Source: Fistulifera solaris
Lineage: Eukaryota
Length of the DNA: 64,000 bases
Reading direction: 5' to 3'
Assembly: GCA_030295235.1 (NCBI GenBank)
Contig: AP026130.1
Location: 992,001-1,056,000, forward strand
Positions 51,601 to 63,762 of the stretch are shown piece by piece. A program made the translations under genes and the position numbers. Below the pieces are notes generated by a model, which ran no database searches, had not been told where the DNA came from, and was given only the letters and a program-made list of their open reading frames with translations. The first letter of the stretch is position 1; each line of letters starts with the position of its first letter.

Positions 51601-54600
51601 GTGAGACCGGAGGAGGAAGTTGAGGCCACTCTTACTTTGAGTAATCTCTCAAGGCAGGCTCAACAATTTAAATATGCCGAAAGAGTGCTTCTAGATTCTC
51701 TAGAGGCGCTAAATGCCGACCTCGATGGACCCGTCTTTGGTTTGGGCCTTCCTCCGTCTCTTCGCACCTCGCACGATTATTCGTCTGTTCCCGCAGCTGC
51801 GTTACCGAACATTGTCGACAATCTACTTGCAGGTGACTTCAAAAACATCGTTTTAAATTACGGGTCGACACACGAACAATGGAGCAAAAGTTAGTAGCTG
51901 AAGCTGGTGGGCTACAGCGGTGAGTTCGTTTCCTGTAATATTGGTCCAACTGATATCGTTTACTCATTTTCCCACACAGACTTGATATCCAGCATCGTCT
52001 CTATTTCGCTTACGTAAAACACCTTTGGTACACCGAAAGAAAAGATGAAGCCATGGCAAGGCTTTCTTGCTTTTGCGACGTTTTGGAAATGATTTCGAGT
52101 TGTGAGCAGGTCACTGATTCATCGCTTCGTGTTGCCAGCTGGCTAGAGCTTGGAGAATGGAAGCTTTCACAAGAAGCACCGCCTGCCCTTCTCAGCAGAC
52201 CACTGCAGCTTGACACATTGACCATCTTTAGGCGTGCCACGACGCTACACAATTGTGGTTACAAGGCCTGGCACACCTGGGCTCTCTTGAACCTCCGAAT
52301 CGTCCTAGAGCAGCGCGAGCGGGAGAGCTCTGGCAAACTGTCCGTAACACATTTAGGAAGAAATCTGAGGAATCACGTTGTTGCAGCTGTGAAAGGATTT
52401 GTCAATGCAATTAGTTTAGGGACTAAGAAATGGAGTGCATCCGTTCAACAGGATTTGCTGAATGTACTTACCTGCCTATTTCAGTATGGGAAGCTTGAAG
52501 ACGTTGCTACTGTGATTAACGAATGTATTGGCAACGTAGCTATCGAAGCTTGGCTAGGTGTCCTTCCACAGCTATTGGCTCGCATCCATATTGTGGACCC
52601 TTCGATTAGGGCGGTTCTCCATCCCTTGCTCATCAGGCTTGGCGAAAAACACCCTCAGGCATTGATGTACCCTCTTTCCGTTCTTCTCAACAGCCCCGTC
52701 GCCGAAAGAAAAGCATCAGCTGAAAATCTGATGAATTCGGTAAAAGCTCATTCAAGTGCTTTGGTGGAAGAAGCCCAGATGGTTTCTTCCGAGCTTATTC
52801 GAGTTGCAATCCTGTGGTTGGAAATGTGGCACGAGGGCCTGGAAGACGCATCTAGGCTCTACTTTGGAGAAGGAAACGTAACAGGGATGTTGGACCTTTT
52901 GTTCCCATTACACGAAATGCTTGAAAAGGGAGCGGAGACACGAAAGGAAATAGAATACCTGAATAATTTTGGGCAGGACTTGTCAAAGGCCTTTTCTTAT
53001 ATTAAAGAGTACAGTCGCTTGGCGTCAATGGATGGAGAAGATCCGTCTCGTCGTGCTGGCGGTAATGCCCGAGTAAGCGACGAAGCAGAGACTGCGATGA
53101 ACAGAGCCTGGTAAGTTGATTGAGGATGTTGGTTGCTTGTATAGCTTGTATAGCCTGTGTTTTACTGATAAAGATTCGTCTCAATGAATCCAATATGACG
53201 TAGGGGTAAGTGTGCAATTTTGCGTTTGGTCCACCGGTCAACTTGGGTGCTCTAATTTGTTTATTATTAAAGATATCTATTATATTGTCTTTCGCAAGAT
53301 CAACAAACAGCTTCCTGCTTTAACGAAGCTGGAATTGAATCAGTGCTCACCGGCGCTGAGTAAAGCACGGAATTTGGAGCTCAGTGTACCTGGAACTTAC
53401 AGGATAGACGGTTCCTATATCAAGATCGATAGAGTGCAATCGGAGGTCGAAGTCATTACAAGTAAGCAGCGACCGCGAAAGATCACGATGAGAGGAAGTG
53501 ACGGAAAAAATTATCTATTTCTACTCAAGGGACACGAAGACTTGAGACAGGATGAGCGTGTCATGCAATTGTTTGGGCTAGTAAACGCTTTGTTGGTCCG
53601 TGATTTGCAGACGAAAAAACATGATTTGAAGATACAACGTTATGCGATTTCTGCGCTCTCTCATAATTGCGGTGTCGTTGGGTGGGTTCCGCACTCCGAC
53701 ACTCTTCACAGTCTCATCAGAGACTACCGTTTAAGCAAAAAGTTACCATTGAATATGGAAAACCGAGAGATGGTCCGCATCGCTCCAGACTATGATTTGT
53801 TAACCGTGATGCAAAAAGTGGAAGTTTTTCAGAAGCACTGAGAAAGACACCTGGTGGCGGCAACGACTTGGGTGAGATTTTATGGCTGAAAAGTACAAAC
53901 AGTGAAGAGTGGCTTGATAGAAGGACGAAATTCACAAGAAGTTTGGCTGTCATGTCGATGGTCGGATATATCCTTGGTCTCGGAGATCGCCACCCATCTA
54001 ATCTCATGTTAGACAAAGTGTCCGGCCGTATTCTACATATTGATTTTGGGGACTGTTTTGAAGTTGCGATGAATCGCGAAAAATTTCCAGAGAAAGTGCC
54101 TTTTCGACTTACAAGAATGCTTATCAAAGCGATGGAAGTGTCTGGAGTGGAGGGAAGTTATCGCTCGACTTGCGAGCGCACCATGTCAGTTCTTCGCGAC
54201 AGCCGAGATTCTCTGGTCACAATGCTTGAAGCTTTCGTTTATGATCCATTGATTAGTTGGCGTTTAGCAGATTTGTCGAATAGTGGCTCTTCGCATAAGC
54301 CATCGACTCATCATACTGGGGCCGAGATTGGACCAGGATCGCTTAGTGACGGTGTACCACTGGAAATGATTCGTACAGGCAGACCAAGAGTGCAATCCAT
54401 TCGCGAGCTAGCAGATGAAGACATTGACGACGACGATGTTTATGGTATAGACCAACACGCGCGAGGATCTTTTCAAACGACCCAACCCAAAACAACAATG
54501 ACGCACCGGGCAGAAGTCGAGCTCGATCCATGCAGATGTATGCTAACATTCAGAACTGGGCAGCAAGTTTGACAACGGATGCTAGGATTGCTAGTATCGC

Positions 54601-54907
54601 CGCAGAGCGATCTGAACAAGCATCAGTCGAGGGGTCTCTTGCGCGTTCTCGAATCGAAAGAAGCATGAAGCAACGCGAAATACTAAGTCTATTACACGGG
54701 AACGACGGAGTAGCTTTAGAGGAGGTGTTAAATGAAAAGGCTTTGAAAGTTATTCGACGCGTACAAGACAAGCTGACTGGAACTGATTTTCCGGACTGCG
54801 AAGGGGAGCCCCTAGACGTTGCTGACCAAGTGCAAAGGTTGATCGTCCAAGCTACTAGCTGTGAAAACCTGTGTCAGCTTTTCATTGGATGGTGTTCATT
54901 TTGGTAA
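45630..54907 (+). CDS. TOR: Target of rapamycin kinase (HEAT-FAT-FRB-PIKK-FATC); introns 46355-46416, 50617-50683, 51920-51979, 53111-53203, 53206-53272; several frameshifts; start may extend to 45372
   Basis: [37 protein letters not shown] (FRB), [41 protein letters not shown] ..[14 protein letters not shown]. Confidence 0.97.
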
Positions 54908-55177
54908 ATACTCGGTTGTTCACTGTGCTACGCGAGTCAAGTAGTATTCCTGGAAGGCTGCTGTGTGAAAAAAGTGCAAGGCTTAATGGCAGGTTACTGC
55001 TTGAAGAGGAGCTGCGATGAAAAATTGTCATACTTCAAAGCAACGATTCCTCAGTAATGAAATGACCGTGCGAAGGCATAGAATGGAATCAGGAAATTTG
55101 AGTTAAGAATTTTCGACTAGGCACTTAAACTATTTTACGCATGTAATAGTTACTGTATATGTTAAACCTGGTACGCA

Positions 55178-55730
55178 TGTCCAGAATTTTTGGAAAGTCC
55201 ACAGCATTTCGGTAGGATCGAAAAAACTGGTCCAGAATTTCTGGACAACCACAGAATTTCTGTATGACAAGCAATAACGTGTTTCCAGAATTTCTGGAAC
55301 GTGCACTTTCTTTCGATACGATCAAAACACAGTTTCCGGAGTTTTTGGAGCGCGCACGTTCTTTTGTCATGATCCAGAACACCGTGTCCAGAATTTCTGG
55401 AACGTCCGCAGCATTTCGGTAAAAAGCGAAAAAAACTGGTCCAGAATTTCTGGAACGTGCACTTTCTTTCGATACGATCAAAACACAGTTTCCGGAGTTT
55501 TTGCAACGCGCACGTTCTTTCGTCATGATCCAGAACACCGTCTCCAGAATTTCTGGAACGTCCACAGCATTTCGGTAAAAATCGAAAAAAAAACTGGTCC
55601 AGAATTTCTGGACCACCACAGAATTTCTGTATGACAAGCAACAACGCTTTCCAGAATTTCTGGATCGTAACATGCACCGTTTCCGGAGAGTTTGGAACGC
55701 GCACTTTCTTTCGTCATGATTCATGATCCA
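55178..55730 (-). repeat. Array of 11 CCAGAATTTCTGG-type quasi-palindromes spaced ~52 bp with four recurring spacer types; related to the 27.3-28.3 kb array in opposite orientation
   Basis: Palindromes at 55181, 55232, 55285, 55336, 55388, 55441, 55492, 55544, 55599, 55651, 55683. Confidence 0.92.
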
Positions 55731-56330
55731 AAAACCCTGTCCATAGTAAATGCAGTCTTCATATCCGGGACTGAGCTGATTGATGATGATTGATGATTAC
55801 AACTTGTACTCCGTATTTGGTTTTTTCATACGTCTAGACGAGAGTCTACATGTTGCTTGATACTGAAATCCATCTCTATAGCTTCAATCGTAGGCCAGCT
55901 GCCCCCATGTCCAAACGGATCCCGGATCAACAAGCGAGTGATTTGCACCCAGAAACCAGACGGTAGAACCAGCTGCTCTCTACTCACAAATGTATACAGA
56001 AGGATTTGTTTTTCTGTCTTGTTTACTCATTGATGTTGAGCGACAGATGGCCAAGTCTCTGGAGAGAACACAATGGGAGAAATGGCGAATGAAATGATTG
56101 CTGGTACCGGTACCTGGTACACTGTTGTTGTTCGCGTCAAGGTGTCGATCGGCTTTGATGTTTTTCCACCCTTTGCATTTCGTTTGCAGTCGCGGTGAAC
56201 AAGAACAAAGACCGTGCTGTTATGGTCCATGTTCCTTGATGGATTGGTTGCCTTTTTCTATTCGACTCATTACCAATCGCAAAGCAACAATTATTCTTTT
56301 TGATGTCTGTAAAAATACCAACTTATAGCA

Positions 56331-58581
56331 ATGCAAAACAACAATTCACAGTCGAGAGATACAGGGCAGTCTTCTGATTGCCTACCGGTGCAAGTACAAG
56401 ACAATGATATGAACGTTTCATCAAACGCGGCCCAACCACAAACGTCTCTTAGACCATTAACGGCTACTTCGCAGAGCAATAGCAGCAATATTCAAAGTCT
56501 ACAACAACAGCAACTGCAAATACTGGCGGCTTACAATGCCGCGACTGCATTTGCAAGCCATCAGCTTCAAACGCAAGGAAGTAACACTGGGGCTTCGGGA
56601 ACATCGAACCTTCCTTCGATTGCACCGTCGGTCGCCAGTGCACCTATCCCTCCGGCATTCATGATGAACTACCTCATGGCTGTCTCTGCTATGGGATTTA
56701 CTTCTGGCTTGGGAGCGGGAATGAACCCTTCATTTCCCCTTACTGCATTAGCTTCTGCACATAAACCAAAGCCCGTGCCTCACACTCCTGGAGTTTTTCA
56801 AAATTGCAGTCTGCGAAGTGGGAAATGGATCGAGGAGGAAGAAAAGTACGCTGCCTTGCTCATCGAACTCTTCGAGAAGGGTAAAATCCCACAATGTGAA
56901 AATGGAAGCACCTTACGATCGTTCTTGAGTCAAAAGTTACACTGCCCGAAAATGAGAATTAGCAAGAAGTATGCCGGACGTGGCATTGGCAAGCTTGTAT
57001 ACACGGACCAAAGCAAAGTAGCCATGACCATGGAAGAAGAAACCGAGCACAAAAACCTTGTGGCGAAAGTGTTGGAGGCCCAGGAAAAGTTCCATCAAGC
57101 CGCATTGCCTAGTCGGAATGCGTCGACGGTACGTTCGATCGATTGCAAAATCGTTCTCTTTGCTTGCATAGAGGATCGCTCTCACTTTATTTTCAATCCG
57201 GCACTACTAAGGCTACGATGAACGGGTTCGGGTCACTTTCTGCACCTTCTTTGATACCCGGCTTACCGCCGACATCATCGTCAAATCTTGGTACGCCATT
57301 CACCCTGATACAACCTTCATTACCAATTAGTTCACAAAGGGTTCATTCATAGCCTCGCAAGTAAGCAGCGATGTACCGAAGATTACGGCACCAACAACTA
57401 CTTCCACAGAACAGAACAACGTCTCGAGTGAAGACGCAGCCAAGAATTTACTCGAAGAATCGGCGAAATTGTTACGCCAATCATTCTTGGCGGCTTTCTA
57501 TCAGTCAGATGCGCCGAATACGACTTTGAATGCTCAAAATGGTTTGGAAGTGAAATCTGATGTTCAATGTTCGACTACACAGCAAAACAATCACGCCTTA
57601 TCGGCCAAAACGCACAATAGTAACATTTCAGGAGGACGAATGAGTCAGCTTTCAGAGTCACCCAACCTTGCGTCGCCTTTCGATCTGAGTGGGGCAAGCA
57701 CTTCCTTGGCCAAACATAATCGAGGAAGCCTTTCCGAGAAGGAACACTCTGCAATCACGAGCCGATCCTACAATGAATTTCAATTTCCCACTGGAAATGG
57801 CCATCTGTTGGGTGGAAAGGTTTCCGCTTCAGGTGTCTACAACATGACATCGCCTGATGGTTCAAAGAAGTCGGCCAGGTCTGACGCAAGCTCAAATCCT
57901 CTTTTTACGGCTGAATCCTACGCGATGTTTGCCGTTGAGTCAGCAATGGAAGCAAGCCAACATGACGCTTATCTACCATGTTCTAGGATCTTGAGTGGGA
58001 CGGGAGATGATCAACAGTGTCAAATCGTGCTGCGCTCGAATTCTATCGATAACATCGATGGAGTGGTAAATCTTCTCTCGAAACAATCAACTCAAAAAGA
58101 GCAAGAAGTGCCGTTGGAGAAGGATAAATCCCGAGACAGCAAAATGCGTGGTGCTTTAATAACGGAAAGCAATAATCACGGGGCAGGTGGTAACGAACGG
58201 AAGATTTCCTACGACACACTATCCACGCAACGGGATTTAGGATACACAGCAACGTATGAAGCAATGAATATCAAGCCGACATACGTTAGCGCCAGCGAGC
58301 GTTCCTGTAACCCTAGCACGGAATCAGAATCCTTTTCGGCGTTGGAATCCTTGCGTGGTTCGACGAATAGTGAGAATACGGAGTCGAGTGCTTCCGACGG
58401 CGGCAGCTCTTCGGAATCGTCTGATTGCGGTCATAGCGTACGGAGAAAGCGAGATCATACTGAAGGCGAACCGAGCACCAAGTTACCTAGTAGAGACGCA
58501 AAGCGAACTCGAAAAGAAATGACAATGGCCAAGGAGGACGCCTCTTCGACGTCTTCAAATGACTTGAGAACGACGTCGTAA
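56331..58581 (+). CDS. Putative transcription regulator with a Myb-like stramenopile domain in a low-complexity protein; intron ~57129-57211
   Basis: LRSGKWIEEEEKYAALLIELFEKG..GSTLRSFLSQKLHCPKMRISKKYAG; Q/S/A-rich flanks; basic NLS-like RRKR near the C-terminus. Confidence 0.65.
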
Positions 58582-58739
58582 CCTTTTTACACCATAACAT
58601 CATCACTCCCTTGACTTTGCTTGTCCCACAGTTTTGTGTGCGAATACCTTTTACGCCCGAAGACATGAGTGTTTGCAATAAGCTGTAAAGTATAGAGGAA
58701 TGAATGAAACGAACAAAACTGATTGTTTCTTTATAGATT

Positions 58740-61121
58740 TCATTTAGTTGCTGCGCCAAGAGTGGCGAGAGCCCTGCTTTTTCTGGCTACGTTTTCGCCT
58801 TCGACTACGAAACGAATGTTGTGTCGTGCTCGTTGCTTGTCAGCATAAAGATGTTCTACACCATAAACACCGACAGTTGCGTGTGTCTTGCTATAGTGTT
58901 CATGAGCCTTTGCATCATTTTCGTTGTCGTCTTCTACTAGCTTCTCCCTATCATTTGAATCGGGAAGATCTGTGGCTGCTATAACGACATTGCTTTCCAT
59001 TAAAGTGAAGCGGTGCGCACCCATATCCCACTTATTTTGATTGAGTAGAACGATGCGACCGGGGACGCGATAGGAAGGATCATGGTCCTCGGTGCCAACC
59101 GTAACAAAAGAAGTGCCATCGGATGCCTTCTGTCGCTCAGCAGGATCGTTCCAAGGATTAATTTCTCCTGGACTCAATGGCTCTTGACCGTGGCGACCTA
59201 AAACTCGATTTAGTGTGGATCCTAAAGAGCATGGCCCAGAAGTCCACAGAGTGTCAAAAGCATGTAAGATAGATAGTTCAGGATCAGGACAGAAGGTAGC
59301 ATCTACGTCTACAGAAGTATACCGGTTGCGAACTTGATTGACCACTGTCTCAATGACCTTGGCAAGAATAGGGTGACCTGGAGCAACAGCCATCAAACCA
59401 TTCCATAAACACATTTGGTGGTCTACTGGTTTGCCCGGCTGTAGAGATAGCCCATGAAACAAAAGGATAAGGGCACTGCGTGGGCAGCGAGTTTATGAAG
59501 CATATACCGATGAACTTACCTCATCTAATGGTACCATAAAACCCACATCATGAGGAATTGAATCGAGAGACGTTTCTAAAAGAATATCAACGTCAGCATA
59601 GACTCCGCCATAAATGAGTAGAACGCAGTACCGGAAAAGATCCGCTTTGAATGCGCCGGGATTGAGCGCATCGTAAGCTTCGCGTACTGCGGGCGGGAAA
59701 TGGGCGTCCAGGAAAACAACTGAATCCTCGTCACTGTAAAACTTGTACTCCCACCCCGATTTGCGAAACGATTCCGTCAGGCGGCTCATGTTCGGATATT
59801 TCTCTCTGTCGTCTTGAAGGGGTTCAAACCAAGTTTGGTGGACGATTCGAGGAATCAAGCGTCGCGAATCACGGGCATAAACGGGTGGCGTTATATAGTA
59901 CGTAGTCGTGTCGAATTCGGGTGGATCGAGAGTACAGAGCTTCGCACAGAAGCACTTGCACACGGCTCCGCATGATTTGCAATCCGCTCCAGCTTTGTCG
60001 CGAAGACACTTGGAGCAAGCTGTTTCCAGAACCTTGGGTGAGCATTGTTTCTGAAGCTTCTCGTATATCGTCAGGTCCGATCCCTGTTCAGATTTCTTTT
60101 GGGTGTTTCCTTCTTTCAAAGTAGTAATGTAAAGTAATTCATTTTCCGACCACGAGTTAGAGTTCAGCGGTTTCGGCAAGGAACTGATTTCCGGAATTCG
60201 AACGACGGGCAATAGCGGATAGCGAGACACTGAGACCGTTTCTGTCCCATCGTGAATATAACAGCAGAATCCTGTTCCCATAGGGCAGTCATAAAGCAGT
60301 CTATCATTGGAAAGCTCCTTGTTCGTTGATCGATGCATTTTTGGGCAAGAACTTTTCAGAAACGTCCATGATTGCTCGGTGCTCTTTTCCCCATCAATCA
60401 ATTTAAATAGCATTTTGGGAATATGAAGAGGGCTAATCAACAAAGTATCAAGTGAAGTGTCGAGGAGCACTTTCAGCATTTGCTGAGCGATATCACGTTG
60501 TTGCCGGAGAACAACCAGGCCCGTTGTGATTGCATCCTTTCCGAACAATTCTTCGTCCGCCCTCACCAGAATACTCGAGTCGGCCCGAGCAATAGTATCA
60601 TGTAGTCGCTGAAGTAGCGGACTGGCTGCATCCATATAAACAGAAACATCGGCTTGCGATAATGCACACCACTTGAAGACTTCTACCGCCAAGAACTCTT
60701 GATCCTGCGCAACAAACTCATCAAAACGGGCCGTCGCTTCGTGGCAATTTTGCTGAAAAAATGATTGTTGTTGATCCAGAGTTAACGCATGAACTTGAAA
60801 ACGGACTTTGTCGGTCTCTATGGTCTGTTGGAGTCCATGAATTTGCTTTTTGACCGTGAGAGACGTGCGCTCCGGAAGGTGAATGTAAACTGGAACTGTT
60901 TCGATATCATCCAAGAGTCGTCGATGATGAAGTTCCGCGGAATAAATGTCGTTGGCGACTGATGGAATGGAGAGTGAATTGAGAAAGAATGGTGCAGCAT
61001 CGCCACTTCTCGTGTAATGCAATGCCGCACTCAACGTCAAAATGGAGATGGCTGTAAACAGTAAGGTTGATTTGGAAGTAAACCAGTTCCCAGGACTTCG
61101 TTGCGGCGACGCCTCATCCAT
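58740..61121 (-). CDS. Glycosyltransferase family 32 (DXD, OCH1/SUR1-like), type II membrane; intron ~59441-59520
   Basis: N-terminal TM; IPRIVHQTW..WEYKFYSDED..KADLFRYCVLLIYGGVYADVD; NGLMAVAPGHPIL..SGP. Confidence 0.87.
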
Positions 61122-61584
61122 TCTATTGCTTCTTGTGTATTATTTTGAGCTTTCGAGTCGGCTATTGGTATTAATCTTACAATTATTCTCGTCAATGACA
61201 AGCCTCAATGATAAAAGCAAATGACAAGCAATCAAATACAACGGCTTTCTGTTAACCCAGTACAAGTAAAAAAGTAATCTACTTTCTTATCGATAATAGC
61301 AGTACCGTAACGACTTCAATCTTTATAAGAACGGTTGACGGTTGACTGCGCGCTATGTTGCGCGGTGTTTTATTTTGGCGTCATCATGGTCACGCGACAA
61401 CGCGAGACGACGAGCGACGATCGAGATGTTCATCTGCATCGACAGACCGACGATAGACTAGCGAATGCCTGACATTGCAACAACACTTCTTTGTGTGACC
61501 GCAAACGTTGTCCCCTTTCCCTTTTTACTTTTTTTTTTGATTCATCTCATCTAAGCCTTATTGAATATCACATTATAAAATAGC

Positions 61585-63669
61585 ATGTTTAGCTGGGCTA
61601 CAAGTCATTTGGAGAAGCTAGCGAGTACAGTTGCGCCTCAACCTACCGACCCTCCCGGTCGTTTCATCTATGCATGCAAAAATGGAGACGAGCAAGGGGC
61701 AATTGCTTTGCTAGCCGAGTTAGCAGGAGTTGAGTACTCGGTTGATACTCAAAAGGACAGACACCGTTGCATTTTGCGTGCTTGTACTCTATGTCGACTT
61801 TAATGGAGCAGATCCTCTCGATGCTGCTGCAAAGACAGATCGACGGTTTGTCGGTGATGGATGTCGAGGGAAATACCGCTCTTCATTTTGCATCCATGTC
61901 GAAAAAGCCAAATGCACTCGACATGGTGAAAATCTTGGTGACTAAGTACGGAGCGTCTGTCTTGGCCAAGAATTCGCAAGGTCAAACGGCGTATGATGTT
62001 GCATCCATTCCCAGTCTTCGGCAGTATTTGCTTCCATTGCAACTTCAGGAAGAAACTCGTATTGCTCTTAACAACGGAGGTGTAGGATTGATTCCAGGAA
62101 TGGATTTGGGAGGACTGAAAGTAGCAAACTCGCATCTGCCGCCTCCTCCTACAGTACCCGGAAGTTTCCCTCTTCAGGAGCAGCAATTCACATCTCCTAC
62201 CGGTGTTACACAGCAACAATCACAGGACCCAGCTTTTACTCCCACCGACACCGCAACCTCATTTTCTTCACATTATCTACCTCCACCCCCGGTCATGACC
62301 TCGTTAGCATCGTCTACTTCGCCGGATAGCGGCGCTCCTCCTTCGGGTTCTTCTGCTGGCTCTATCCCAGCGGCTCCTTCTTCGGCAAATCGTGACTACT
62401 CTCTCCGAGGATACTCTTCTGCGGCTATCGACATCAAAACGAGTGACGGACGAAGGGTTTTAAAACCGGATGGGTTCCATTCTTCGAGCTCCGACAAACG
62501 ACTCCAGCAAAAGTACGGTCATCAATCGGGAAATCGTTACGCGAACTTACCTCCTCCACCACGATCCGGAGAACAAGTCACGCCTCCGGTAACGAGTCCG
62601 GCGTCCGGTGGGGTTTCCGGTGCTCCTTTGAGCGCCAACAGTAACCCTTTGCGGGAGGACGACAACAACTCGTTGGTGTTCGCCCGTCGACTCGATACGT
62701 TGCCGTGGATCATGTCACAGGTCAGCCAGCACCACCGGCAATCAGTGGACACCCGACTCCGTATACCACCCCAGTGGCAGCGAATCATCCCGTGCCTTCC
62801 TTCTCGACATTTCAACCTACTCAATTTGCCGGCAGCCAACAACAGGTGAATGCCCCCGTGCCGATGGTTCCGCAGCCTGCACCGATAGCACCAATCACCT
62901 CGTCGCCCGCGCCCGCCTTTCAACCCCCGCCTCAGCTGATTCAAGTATCCAATACACCCGCCACTGCCGCGGGTCTCTTTGCCACACCGTCACCGGTTCG
63001 ACAACTAGGACAACCCGATCAGAACATCTTCAGTCCGCAACAGACGATGGATCAAACGCCATCGGCAACCCTTACTACCCCGGGAGCCTACAAAGTTTCT
63101 CCTGCCCCAAGAAGCGGGGAAAGTCCTTTTTGACTGCTTCACCGACGAGGGCATCCAAAATGTTTTCCGCACCGCCCGAAAATTTACAAACCTTGGCCAT
63201 TGAGACACCGCAAGAAACACAACAAAGTGTCACGGCAGTGAAGGCAGAAGTCACGCCAGCAACGAGCGTTGACGACGCTGCCGCAATGTTTGCTTCTGCT
63301 GCAACACTCTCCGACTCGTCTACGGTTCCCATAGCAGCTGAACCATCGCCAGTTGTTACTACTCATCTGGAAGCAACGTCAACGAGTAAAGGTAGTCCGT
63401 TTGCACAGGCTTTGAGAGATTCCTCAACGGCATCGGATCTGTTCGCGAGTCCACCCAGCAATGTCACAGAGGAGTCACCGCAAACCGAAACGGTGACTGC
63501 TACAAGAGACGAGCAGTCCCAAGCGCCACCGCAAGCGACGGAAGAAGACGAAGTCTTGGACGAAATTCCTTTATCCCCAACGAAAACATCTACGATGCAG
63601 CCAGAAAATGGTAAGGATGGTCTCTACCAGGCGATTGGCATGCCACCACCGCCCATTTTACGAAAGTAG
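61585..63669 (+). CDS. Ankyrin-repeat protein with a long Pro/Ser/Thr-rich tail (several frameshifts)
   Basis: GQTPLHFAC (after frame fix), GNTALHFAS, GQTAYDVA ankyrin motifs; four overlapping ORFs of continuous composition. Confidence 0.75.
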
Positions 63670-63762
63670 AAGAAAAAACCAGCTGCATTCGTTAACACGT
63701 AAAGCTATTCATCCTATTTTTACATTCAGTGCTCTCGTAGCAGTACATCTACTAGCGAAATT

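Noticed and set aside
45630..54907. TOR, ZDS or LIS1 as pseudogenes, or programmed frameshifting
   Set aside because: Catalytic motifs are intact and the breaks fall in runs of different bases without a shared slippery signal, which fits sequencing error.
55125..55724. ORFs of 180-199 aa over the 55-kb array, and similar ORFs over the 27-28 kb and 44 kb arrays
   Set aside because: They are translations of tandem repeats in several frames with no protein-like features.
55178..55730. CRISPR array (palindromic repeat plus ~39-bp spacers)
   Set aside because: The repeat is only 13 bp, spacers recur rather than being unique, there are no cas genes, and the context is eukaryotic.
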